A DNA stretch of 64,000 bases, from assembly GCF_001194135.2 (NCBI RefSeq), contig NC_068982.1:49271900-49335899 (forward strand), given 5' to 3'. The position numbers were made by a program, and so were the translations under genes. This document shows, one piece after another, positions 1 through 10,670 of the stretch (positions are counted from its first letter, which is position 1; each line of letters begins with the position of its first letter). Source of the DNA: Octopus bimaculoides. Its lineage: Eukaryota. The notes beneath the pieces were generated by a model that did no database searches, was not told where the DNA came from, and saw only the letters and a program-made list of their open reading frames with translations.

Positions 1-74
1 AATATTATTTTTTGATGGTTTGGCTAGGAGGAAGTTGGTTATGTCTGTGATCTTCCCAAGTCCTCCAAGACTTG

Positions 75-1040
75 TGTGATTGATGTGACAGACATTCACC
101 TTCAGCAGTTGTTAAGTCAATAGCTGCAGGAAAAGATTGGATTGGAAGAAAATTACATAGAGCTATAACATTGAGGACGAAGAATTTAATATAGTGGTCA
201 GTGCAAAATCTTCAAGGAGTGATGGACAAACTATACAACCACCAGAATCCGTAATGTGTTTATTTGGTTCACTGTATAATTTAGCAAAGGAATAAAGTCT
301 CACTGTTATTTTTTAGTTTGTTTCTTGTATTATTTTCATGGGTTAACACACAACACATGTCATATAATGGTGTACAAGATTCCATAGTAAATCAAGAGAA
401 ACTTTACACCACACAGGTAAGATATGTTCAGTGAAGATGTTTTTGTGCTTTTGAAGGAGATAAAATTGACATGTCCCTATTGGAGGACAGTGTTGAGGCC
501 ACTGCTCATGGAAATAGTGCATGCTCCATGTAGTATGATGAGGCTGCATATGAAGTGATGCCTCTGCATAGAAGGTTAAAGAGAAATGAAGGGTGAAGTC
601 ATTTGCATAGGAACGGGCACCTTTGGATGGGATGGTAAGTAGATTATTGATATACTAGAAGAAGAGTGTCGAATGTGTAGGACACAACCAAACCTTAGTT
701 CACACTGGAGTTGATATGTTGGCCAGAAAGAGTTTCATCCTTATAGGCTGTGATGGTGTGATCTGCCAGGAATCTTCGAATCCAAGCTATGTGAGATGGA
801 TGGAGCCTATAGGCAGGCAGCTGAACTCTGAAATTTGTATGTTAGACACTATCAAAAGCTTTGCTGATGTCAGGTTCAGCGGTCTGGTTTTGTGGAAACT
901 ATACTGATAGTTATTGAGGGGCAAGAGTAAAACTGAAAGTGTTGGAGAAGATTGTTGTTCACAAAAGTTTCCATCATGTATCAGATGTTGGAAGTGAGAT
1001 TAATAGAAGTCACTTAGGTTGCCCTTTATAAGAATGGGAC
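75..1040 (-). mobile_element. Degenerate CR1/L2-clade LINE, reverse transcriptase region and 3' end of ORF2 (stops and frameshifts)
   Basis: Manual minus-strand translation gives, in order: MMETFVNNNLLQH..NNYQYSFHKTR; PDISKAFDSV*H (841-874, LDISKAFDRVWH motif); WIRRFLADH; TLFF*YINNLL..SYANDFTLH (YADD equivalent, ~598-609); and C-terminal ALCNFLPIQSFPAAIDL (LWNSLP-like). Confidence 0.85.
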
Positions 1041-1599
1041 ATATCGTTGCATGCTTCAAAACAAAAACAAAATTAGAATAGATCGCTGGAGAGAGAGAGG
1101 TGGGGGGGGGATATTGTAAAGCTAGGCAAAGGTAGATGATAACAAGGATGAAACCTCTGTGGAAAATTAAAAGCAGAGGATGGTATTATCAGTATAAGAG
1201 TGAGTATTGATAGATGTAATGGCCAGTAAGTGTAACAGTGAAAATGTGCATTGCCATATGTTACAGTAGATTGAGTTGTTTAAAGCAGAAGAAACCAAGT
1301 TTCGAAAAGAAAAAAAACTGAATGGTGAAATGTCATCAACAAATTTTTATTTACCTCTGGTCAGTGTGACAGGTCTTGAGTTAGTAGCAGCAGGCAATAG
1401 TGGCAAATGAGAATATTCTTATTTGTGCCCTATGAGAAGTGGTGGAAGCAGTATGTCTAACAGGTCAAGCTGTCTGCTAGAAAGCAAAATGAAGGAAAAA
1501 GTACTGACCATTGCATTGGAGTGATCAAAAATTACTGACTCTGGGGCTTTGAGAGTGGTTCTATTTATATTTTCAGAGGAAACTTAATGTCTGCACCAG

Positions 1600-2312
1600 A
1601 ACAAAAAGATGCCATTCCTTATCTCCACTAAAGCCCAGCTAATTAAAGGGGCACTTTGAAACGAAGCATCCCAGTTCAATAAATAGAAATGTTGTCTTTT
1701 TCAGACACAAAACCAACAGATTGACGAAGTCCAGGCTTGATGACACAGGAATGCTTTCACTAGACATTACAGCTGGTTTGAAAGCATCCTATAAGGTTTC
1801 AAGGAAGATAGCTGTTGGTTATTATTGGTTACAAGTACTTCGTTATAACACCAGGAAAATATCGACAAAGAGTTGATATTGCCTTGCTACAGAGATCTCA
1901 TATCGAATGTGCTAGGAAGTTCTGAACTTCAGAAGCTAGAACATCTCTCTCTCTCTCTCTCTCTCTCTCAAATGATACTGTTAGCCGATCCATAACTGAG
2001 TTGTCTGGTAGCATTCTGTCACAGTTGGTCTCTAAGATTCAGAATTTGCTTTTGAACTTTTTCACGATCCAGTTTGATGAAACGATAGATGTTTCTAACT
2101 TAACCCAAATTTGCGTCTATGTACGTTATGTAGATAACTATCTGCTGGTTTGTTCTGAATTACGTGATTACAGTGGTAAACTTCATCAAAGCGAATGCAC
2201 TCAACTCTCGTTTATTTGCCAAGTTATGTAAAGTGAGTTATTCTGAATTTGAAACGCCTCTGTTGCATTCACAAATGAGATAGCTTAAGAGAGGTGTAGC
2301 GAACTTCCTTTC
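1600..2312 (+). mobile_element. hAT (Buster/Charlie/ZBED5-like) transposase relic, N-terminal part ('hAT-A')
   Basis: Translated pieces LKPS*LKGHFETKHP, GLKASYKVSRKIA, KELILPCYRDLISNVLG, SNDTVSRSI, FTIQFDETIDVSNLTQICVYVRYV (DESTD catalytic-D motif) and LLHSQMR*LKRG (LLHTEVRWLSRG motif). Broken by frameshifts and deletions. Confidence 0.85.
1944..1969 (+). repeat. (TC)13 microsatellite inside the hAT coding sequence
   Basis: Direct read; it lies between codons ...LEH and SNDTV... Confidence 0.95.
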
Positions 2313-2396
2313 TCCATTATATATGCATATATTCGAACGTAGCAGATAACAGCTAACCTTTGGACACTGTTTGGATCCCCCTTGTGTCCACCACCC

Positions 2397-2484
2397 TGAT
2401 TGGTTGGTATTGGCGCAATTTGTCTCTTACTCTAGTACGCCAATATGCAACCTAACCAATCACAGCCTCCAAATAAATCACGTG
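2397..2484 (+). promoter_or_regulatory. Putative internal promoter: clustered CCAAT/ATTGG boxes and a CACGTG E-box upstream of the LINE ORF1
   Basis: ATTGG twice (~2399-2413), CCAAT twice (~2441-2461), CACGTG at 2479-2484. Function is inferred only. Confidence 0.35.
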
Positions 2485-3512
2485 ATACAGTCTGTTCTAA
2501 ACTCCAATTTTGAGCCTACCATTCTTACGTGATATATTTGCTTGTGTTCACCTTGAAGGTGAGTTGTTATAATTGTTACCTGCTTATTGTTACATTGTGC
2601 TTGCTGGTTTCCCGTAAAGGAAACGTTGTTAAAGTTTCTTGTCTGTGTTAATATTGTGAACTGTGATCCTCCCCCAAGGATGAAGGATATATAAATTGTG
2701 TTTACTGTTTGCAGTTAAGTTTGAAGTACATTCCCTTTTGAAATAAAAAATTGGAATTTTTGAATATTTTTTTTTTTTAATATTATAAAAAAATGTCTTC
2801 GGTAGAAGAACACAATAGGAAAAAAATGAATTTTGCCGCCGCTATTGGTGGACGTGAAACGATTACATTAAAAATGGAAGACATTCAGACTTACTATGGA
2901 ATGATTACTGAGGAAAATGGTGAAAGCAAGATAACACCATCAAGTGAAATAAGGAACAAAAGAAAAAAACAATTATATACAAAACATACGATGTAGAAAA
3001 GAAGAGACTAGAGTTTTTTGAAGAAAGCACAGTTGAATGGTGTCTCGGGCCGGTGATGAACAAGATAAAGTACCTAGCCTGAGGAGAAATCAGTCGGTTT
3101 CAACTTGGCACCTGGCGTGACAAGTCGATGCCTCGTAACAGCGTCGTCGGACCCTGGATGGAGGGCCCGGTTAAATTGCTCAGAATCTGTTTGGACCAGA
3201 TCTCCAGGTGGAGAAAAACTGGAGCGAGGTGGCGAGCAATATGACGGCCATATCTCAGACATGATCTGGGAGGACGTTATCTTTGCTAGGAAGGGCCAAG
3301 GTTGTACAGGTGTTTATAGCATCTGTTGATAACCTACCGCCTAACCGTCGTCCCTTGCCCTGGTTTGTGGCTGACCAAGTTGGAACGGATCCTTTTGCGC
3401 TTTTTGTGAAAAGAGAAAACACCACTTGTGAGGCGTTCCATCTGCTGCCAAAAACCATTAAAAGGTGGGCTGGGGATGCCTTGGTTGATGATGCGCAAGT
3501 ACGCGCTGAAGC

Positions 3513-3754
3513 TGAAACATGGTTATAGCTTTCCCTTGCAGTGAAAGACTGACAGCGTTCACTGACTCAAATATGACACCAAAAATGCTAAGCAGAGCTG
3601 GAAAAATTTTGCTTCTCATGAGTTGCATATAAAACGATGGAAATAATACCAAAAACAAGCTTTCGATTATCAGCAACACTTTATTCTTCAGCTAAATAAA
3701 ATTATACAGCAAACCAGATTAATACATTGGAGAATTTGCCGTGCAAATCTGACT
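3513..3754 (-). repeat. 242-bp inverted copy of 5227-5472 inserted into the Tx1 ORF2
   Basis: Base-by-base comparison shows 3 substitutions and one 4-bp indel relative to the reverse complement of 5227-5472. Confidence 0.97.
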
Positions 3755-3826
3755 GGATGGTGATCAGGTGTGGATGGTGATCTGGTGTGGATGGTGATCT
3801 GGTGCTAACTGGATGGTGATCAGGTG
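3754..3826 (+). repeat. 17-bp tandem repeat TGGATGGTGATC(A/T)GGTG x4 (CTAAC spacer before the last unit)
   Basis: Units at 3754-3770, 3771-3787, 3788-3804 and 3810-3826. Confidence 0.95.
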
Positions 3827-4792
3827 TGGTCACCGCATGCCAAGACACTTTTTCCACAACTGAAGTCCCTCGGGGACTTAGGTACATGGATCAAGCTGAG
3901 ACCTAGGATGGGAGAATGGCAGAGAGAGTGCAAACAAGCATTCACTCTGTTCTCCCGGACGAGCAATACTGGCAGCGAGGTTACCACTGCGGATTTTTAT
4001 AGAGAGTTGGTAGAGCATAAGTCCGACGATGTCCTGGGGGAGACTCTGGGCTTCGATGAGGAACAACTGACCAACTTGTTCGGAAGGACATTCGGGCCGA
4101 GGTATCTGGATAACTTCCAGAAATCCTTGGCTTGGTTGTGCAACCAATCGACCTTACCGGTTCGAGAGAAGTTATCTAGACACGGTTTTGACACCACTCC
4201 CACATGCCAGAGGTGCGGGCGTACCAATGAAACTGTCGCACATGCCTTCGTACACTGTGAGGAGTTGAGGGAGTTGATAACCTATGTCGAACAACTGTTG
4301 TCGGCTGCACAGAGAGTACGGCTCTCTACTGATTCCATGATTAATATCGTACCGCCTTCTTCCATCAACAAGGAAAAGAAGGCATCGTTTTTCTGCATAG
4401 TAGCCATAATGAAAGAAACAGTATGGACGACATGAGCGAAAAGGATTGGGACTGACCACTTCATCTCCGGACACGGGTTGGTAAACTATTTCAACTTCCA
4501 CCTGTCGTGAAAGAGCCGTCTGGAGCAGAAGTGCTTGTCGCAAAGTACGTTCAGGAAAAGATGGATGTCTGTGGTAAGGAAGTTGAGAATGAATGGGGCC
4601 GTGCTAGCATAGCCGATCAGGACGAAAGGAAGGAAAAAAATCAAAGGAAAATAAAAAAACGGCGGGAGTTAAATATAAAATATAACCTGGAATTTTATTA
4701 ATTTTTAATGGTATATATTTTTATATTCATTCTTTCATCCGATTTTTTCGATTTTTTTCCATTTCATTACAACCCAAACGATTTTGTGAGAA

Positions 4793-5366
4793 TGTAAGTG
4801 TTCGTCCTTTGTAGATCTTGCCACTGATCACACGACACAGCCATTTCCAGCGACGACGCCAAACAACACCCATCCAACAGCATTACAGCGATCTCCATCT
4901 TCGTCGCCATCATCATGTGTCTCACCAACGTTGTCAACAGCATCTCTACGTTCACCAGCACCAGCAACGCTGCATAGGTTCTAACATAGCACTGTTCATG
5001 AGCTACCTCACCATGGTTAACAGCAAACATACAACCCGCATAGATACATGTGAATATATGAATAACCTTCTACTTGGTTGTGTCTCTCTTTTCCAACTGG
5101 CACATATGTATTATTTCAGCCTTCTGATATGAGTGGTTTAGTTGGTTACACTACACACCACCTTGAAAACAATATAGAGGGTTTTCCTTCTATGAAAAGA
5201 AGTCCACGGTTTTTTACAAGATGCCAAGTCAGATTTGCACGCCAAATTCTCCAATGTATTAATCTGGTTTGCTGTATAATTTTATTTAGCTGAAGAATAA
5301 AGTGTTGCTGATTGATAATCGAAAGCTTGTTTTTGGTATTATTTCCATCGTTTTATATGCAACTCA
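4793..5366 (+). mobile_element. Solo LTR (574 bp, TG...CA) with 6-bp TSD TGAGAA
   Basis: TGAGAA at 4787-4792 and 5367-5372. The element starts TGTAAG and ends CAACTCA, with AATAAA at 5296-5301. Removing it rejoins hAT-like coding sequence. Confidence 0.75.
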
Positions 5367-5560
5367 TGAGAAGCAAAATTTTTCCAGCTCTGCTTAGCAT
5401 TTTTGGTGTCATATTTGAGTCAGTGAACGCCGTCAGTCTTTCACTGCAAGGGAAAGTTATAACCATGTTTCATTCTCATGAAATCTAGCTGCTTTCAAAA
5501 TGAAGCTTGAACTTTGGCTCCCAAAGTTGGATAGAAAGAATTTTGCATCATTGTATTAAG
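5367..5560 (+). mobile_element. hAT-A transposase relic, downstream part
   Basis: RSKIFPALLSIFGVIFESVNAVSLSLQGKVITMF..AAFKMKLELW matches the hAT LNLSLQG...FKxKLELW region and continues the 1600-2312 piece. Confidence 0.75.
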
Positions 5561-5589
5561 AAGACCAGAGGCACAACCTTCCAGCGAAA

Positions 5590-6475
5590 ACTTCTTTGAA
5601 TTTAGCAATTAGTAACTTAGCAACGATCCATTGCATAATTCACCAATAAAATCTATGTACAAAGTCTCTAAAACTTGAGAATGTTACTCGTGTGAGTGGT
5701 TTTACAAAATCCTGAGCACTTAACCATCGCCAGTTTTAAAAGTTCTTACAAGAACTTGAATTGAAATATGGCGACTTCGTTGGCTAAGTAACGGGATGAC
5801 TCTTCAACAATTTTATAGCCTCAAAGAAGAGGTATATGCTTTATAAATGACGGGTAAATTTGTTCCTGAGCTGAAAGGTGATAATTGGATTTGTGACCTT
5901 GCATTCCTCGTTCATATCATTACACATTTAAATGGTTTAAATTTAAAATTGCAAAAGCAAAATCGGTTAATTCATGAGATTTATTCTCATGCCGAAGCTT
6001 TTCAGACAAAACTTCAAATTTGGGAGAATCAACTTAGGACTACTGATGCTTTCCATTTCCTTACGATAATCAATCACAGGTCAAAGTCTGGACATGATGG
6101 TTTTGTTGCGAAGTTAAATGAGCTGGAAGAAAAGAACTGCACCCCAGATTTAATGACTTCAGAGTTTGAGAAGCTGATCTCAATTATTTTGGAAATTCCT
6201 TTAATGTTGATGTTGAAAAAGTTCGAAAGGAAATGCAAATGAAACTAATTGAACTTCAGAGTGATGAATTTCTTTGGCAAAAATTTAAAGAGGAATCTTA
6301 GATGCATTTTTTATGGAACTCTGTTCCAAGAAAACTATCCGAAAGTAGTGTGCTTTGTTAGAAGATGTCACTATGTTTAGTAGTATGTATAACACTTTTC
6401 TGGAATGAAAATAAAGTCGAAAACTTGATCGAGATTGACTGATATTCATCTGGAAGACAATTTACGAGTTGAAAA
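5590..6475 (+). mobile_element. Second hAT transposase relic (GTF2IRD2/SPIN-like, 'hAT-B'), catalytic core to dimerisation domain
   Basis: IHCIIHQ*NLC, ALNHRQF*KFLQELELKYGD, WLSNG, ORF 5847-6242 WICDLAFLVHIITHLNGLNLKLQ..AFQTKLQIWENQL, MQMKLIELQSD, MFSS..KSKT*SRLTDIHLEDNLRV. Confidence 0.88.
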
Positions 6476-6483
6476 TGATAAGT

Positions 6484-8262
6484 GTCATCTTTTTGGAAAA
6501 CTTTTTTTCAAAAAGTGATATTTTACTCCTCCACCACACGCACACACTCTACATCTCCCCTGCACCGATTTTGGTCAATTTTGTGGGCACTACGCCCGAT
6601 AATTTTTTTAGCCCTCCTCTCTAGAGAAACAAATTCATAAATAGTGTTGAATATAGTTTCATTATGGAAAAAGTTAAGGATAATTTAGCTGTTGTTTTTA
6701 GCATATCTTCAGCAATTTTGTGAGAAAGCTTTTCGTTAAAAAAAGATTCTAACACCATATTTCCGAATTTCTTTCGTAGCATGATACATGGCAAAATTTT
6801 GTTTTTGTTAAATATTTTTCCATTACTCAAATGTGCTTATGGGGAGAAAAATATTAAACTAAGATATTAGGAATGTATCAGATAGTTGTGAGGCATGCTA
6901 AAAACAACAGCTAAATTGCCCTTAACTTTTACCATAGTTAAACCATATTCAACACCGTATTTATGAATTTGGTTTTAAAAAAATATCATCGTGCATAGTG
7001 CCCACAAAGTCGACCAAAATCGGTCCGGAAGGACGGGAATAAAAAAAAATTTTTGAAAAATTATTTTTGATAAAAAAAAAAAAATGCACCTTATCCTTTG
7101 CAAGGGGACTGTAAAAAAAAATCTGAAAAATCCCTGTCAAAACGGAGAAATTCCAATTTATGTGGGCGACCTGTCTTTGACACGGTTATATAAAAGTGAA
7201 ATCTTTCTGATTTTTTTACATCAACTTTTCAATCGTGAATTTTATTTCTATCATTTCTACAATCGAGGAAAAGGTACAAATTCTGAAGAGACAAATCATA
7301 ACAACCAAAGTTACCACCATTTTAACCATTTTCCCCGAGTACCATAGCTTGAAACAGTTCACCTAAACCCCACACATAACCATGGTTAAGTACGATATGT
7401 CTTGAATTTTGCAACCTATCATTGAAAGTAACGTTTTCAGCATAATGAGTCATGTCATGCAGATTACTTCTCGAAAAAGGTTGCCTATGCCTGATCGATA
7501 AATTAGGAGTGAGAGATTTGTCTCAGGGAAATACAAGATATGTGGTTTGCAAATTAACGTGTGGAATCCAAGGCAGACTGGATTAGAAAATTTGTGTCTT
7601 TTGAAGAAATTAGCTATATTATATAGGGTTGAATTTTTTTTTTTTAACACAAAGGTTTTTCTCCACGTAGTGCCAACAAAACCAGTATAAGATGGTTGGA
7701 AGATGTGCTAAACGCAACATCCAAATCGTCCTTAACTTTTTCCATAATGAAACCATATTTATGAATTTGTTTCTCTAGAGGGGAGGGGTAAAAAATTATC
7801 TTGCATAGTGCCCACAAAATTTACCAAACTTGGTCTGGAGGAAGTGTAGAGTGGGGAAGAGAGGGGAAAAATCATTTTCCGAATTTTTTTTTTGCTGTTC
7901 AAAAAAGATGACCCCCATCATTTTCAAGAGCACCATGAGAAAAAGATTTGAAAAATCCCTGTCAAAACAGAGAAATTCCAACTTATGTGGATGACTTATC
8001 CCTGACATGATTAAATAAAAGCGAATTTGTTTCTCTAGAAGGAAGGGTTTAAAAAATTATCGTGCATAGTGTCCAGAAAATTGACCAAAACTGGTCTAGA
8101 TGATGTAGAGTGGGGAAGTGGGGTAAAAAATATCATTAATCAAATGTTTTTTTCAAAAAGATGCCTCTCACCATCTCCAAGAGATGAGAAAAAATTTGAA
8201 AAATCCCTGTCAAAATAGAGAAATTCCAACTTACGTGGGTGACCTATCCTTGATGTCTGCCA
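6484..8262. repeat. Cluster of four diverged copies of a ~240-310-bp unit (one inverted, three direct); unclassified TE-derived repeat
   Basis: Minus copy ~6484-6712; plus copies ~6893-7200, ~7700-8020 and ~8022-8262. All share GCATAGTGCCCACAAA..GACCAAAA-like sequence, and the three plus copies share GAAAAATCCCTGTCAAAA.GAGAAATTCCAA. Confidence 0.85.
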
Positions 8263-8718
8263 ATTTTATTATTCTGATATGTAACATTAGCACCAAAACT
8301 CTTGTCCCTTTTTCTTTTTCCAAAATTACCTTCTCTCACAATTCTTCATCATATGCAATCACACAGATATAAACACAACAGGCATTTATGTGTTTACAAG
8401 GAACACACCTGGTGTTTACATGTACTACAATTAATTTCAACTATCTTCTACAAGTAATTAAAAAATATTCCAGCTAAAAACAAACGCTAATACTATAATA
8501 ATGAGAAATCAAAATATTTTTTTTAATTATCTTCATTAATTTGTGATTTTAATTAACTCTTCACCTGCAGTATTATAGATATATTGGATATTGTGTAAAA
8601 AAAACTTCCCTTTGTGGATCAAACAGCATGATAGAAAATGCTATTACACTAAATCTAACGTAAGAAAATTAATAGAAACAAAAATTTAATTACTGAAAAG
8701 TTAGACTAATCTATAATA

Positions 8719-8723
8719 ATAAA

Positions 8724-8771
<48 letters not shown>

Positions 8772-8781
8772 NNNNNNNNNN

Positions 8782-8837
<56 letters not shown>

Positions 8838-8840
8838 ATG
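8719..8840. repeat. (TA)n/(TG)n compound microsatellite with a 10-N gap
   Basis: Direct read. Confidence 0.9.
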
Positions 8841-8845
8841 TATAT

Positions 8846-8983
8846 GACAGGTTTCTTTCAGTCTCTGTCCACTAAATCTACTCACAAGGCTTTGATCAGC
8901 CCGAGGCTGTAGTATAAGAACACTTGCCCATGGTGCCACACCGTGTGACTGAGAAGCAATCTTCTTACCACACAGCCACGCTA
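8846..8983 (-). mobile_element. tRNA-derived SINE family A (CORE-like), head half
   Basis: Reverse complement of GGCTGTGTGGTAAG..CACCATGGGCAAGTGTTCTT..GCCTTGTGAGT..GAAAGAA. Confidence 0.8.
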
Positions 8984-9329
8984 TATGCCATTTATCTCCA
9001 TCTGTGGCTAAATGAAGGCAATACTCATTATCTCTACTTTATTAAACACACACAGATTTCAAATGTCATTTTCCAAAGATCACTCACTCGTCACTGTATG
9101 CTCCCAGTCAATTTTTAATTAATTGGATTTCCAACTTAACTCCCTTGCTTTTCTTGATTAGAATTAAAATTAAAGCTAATGATTTTTCCACCCCAACCTG
9201 TCACAATTTAATTAACATCTGTGCCTAACATTCACTAAGCTAATACTACCATCACTTGTGACTATACGTCAATGATATATTCAATTAGAGAGATATTGAG
9301 TTCCTGTAAAGCACAGTGACCAACTACAG

Positions 9330-9990
9330 TCTTGCATTGAGAGAATCAGTAGTGAACCAGTCAAGCATTTAATAATAGAGTTCAAATCCTACTAGGTTGA
9401 TTTCTTTTCATCTTTCCTTGGTCAATAAGTACTAGTTATTATTTTTTTTTCTACTGTAGACACAATGTCTGAAATTTTGGAGTAGCAACTAGTCTTTTAC
9501 ATCACCCCAGTGTTCAACTGTTACCTTATTAATCCTGAAAGGATGAAAGGCAAAGTTGTCCATGGTGGAATATGAACTTAGAATGTAAAGATGGACAAAA
9601 TGCGACTAAGCATTATTTTTGTCTGGCATGCTACCAATTCTGCCAGCTCTACACCTTTAAATAGTAGGATCAACATAATTGAATGGTAGTTATCACAAAA
9701 TCTGTGCTCTTGTACCTAAATTAAAAGCTAAGATACTCTCTTCAAAATTCCGAGGTAAGTAACAAATTAGTAGCCAGCTGGGCATTGGACAGAATGCTAG
9801 GAAATATTTGTTGAGATTCTCTGCATACTGAGTTCAAATTCTACTGAGACCAACTTTGCTTTTCATCCTTTCTGGGTTGATAAAAAGTACAATTCCAGAC
9901 CAGTAGATCAGTAGGACTATAAGATCATTGGACCAGATACTTTGTGATATCTGTTCCAACTCCTTGCATTCTGAGTTCGAATCTTCCCAA
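9330..9990. mobile_element. Cluster of degenerate SINE family B copies (+ ~9330-9440, - ~9450-9660, + ~9770-9900, partial ~9930-9990)
   Basis: Repeated B-box GAGTTCAAAT(C/T)C followed by CTTT(T/G)CATCCTTT..GGTCGATAAAATAAGTACCAG-like central domain. Confidence 0.75.
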
Positions 9991-10304
9991 AGCCTACTTT
10001 AGTTGTTGACATAATCCATAACCTTATTTAATATCCTCACTTACAATTTTAAGTGTTTTTAATGATGTCTACTCTGTTGCAAGCATTCAGGCCAAGTTTC
10101 TGGTTTGAGGATATCTTCATCTCACCTACCAATCATTGAGGCTCTGTAAAGGGTCATGGGCACTGCTTTCACTTTTGATTAAAAGAGAAAAATATCCCTT
10201 TACCTCAATGTTTTCTGGGACTATTCCAGTTTAGGATAGCCATCTGTGTAAGAAGTGACTAAAAGAAATTAGCATCACCAAGGATGTAGGCATGGCTAGG
10301 CACT

Positions 10305-10670
10305 GATGTGGCTATGTGGTAAGAAGTTTGCTTCCCAATCCACGTAGTTCTGAGTTTAGTCTCACTGCATGGCTCTCTGGGCATGTGTCTTCTACAAGAG
10401 CCCTGGATCAACTAAAATTTTGTGAGTGGATTTGGTAGACAGAAACTGAAAGAAGCCATCGTGTGTGTGTGTGTGTTTGTTTGTGTTTCCTTGTCGTGAC
10501 ATTGTGTGATAATTGTAAAATAATTGTAAAATAATTGTCATTGTCATACAAGCAATATCATTTATTTCCAGTATTCTGCATGAACATGTCTGACCATGCG
10601 AAAATATTACTTTACTTGGAAATGGGTGAGTATTGGTGACAGCAAAAGCACATATCCGTAGAAAACCTAC
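10305..10670 (+). mobile_element. SINE family A with alternative 3' tail
   Basis: GTGGCTATGTGGTAAGAAGTTTGCTTCCCAA..GTGAGTGGATTTGGTAGACAGAAACTGAAAGAAGCC, then (TG)n and a tail. Confidence 0.75.

Larger units (their letters stand above)
2319..4757 (+). mobile_element. Tx1/L1-clade non-LTR retrotransposon, internally deleted (5' UTR + ORF1 start fused to ORF2 RT thumb and zinc finger)
   Basis: ORF1-like start at 2793 (MSSVEEHNRKKMNFAAAIGG..., then TIIYKTYDVEKK..KYLA*G after a slip in an A-run). From ~3078 it reads EKSVG/QLGTWR, GPVKLL, SLLGRAKVVQVFIASV, TYRLTVVPCP, CCQKPLKGGLGMP. ORF 3824-4435 carries the zf-RVT-type LPVREKL..CQRCG..ETVAHAFVHC. Outer boundaries are tentative (possible TSD TCCATT at 2313-2318 and 4758-4763). 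Confidence 0.8.

Noticed and set aside
3754-3826. Repeat-spacer-like pattern (possible CRISPR)
   Set aside because: The units are directly adjacent with no unique spacers, and the context is a eukaryotic LINE.
5290-5328. CTGAAGA...GAAAGCTT as a hammerhead core
   Set aside because: No stem II or stem I pairing; better explained as the AATAAA region of the solo LTR.
3513-5472. Treating the 242-bp inverted pair as TIRs of a 2-kb DNA transposon
   Set aside because: The LINE is collinear across the left copy and the hAT is collinear across the right copy, with no TSD, so this is a one-way copy and not a mobile unit.
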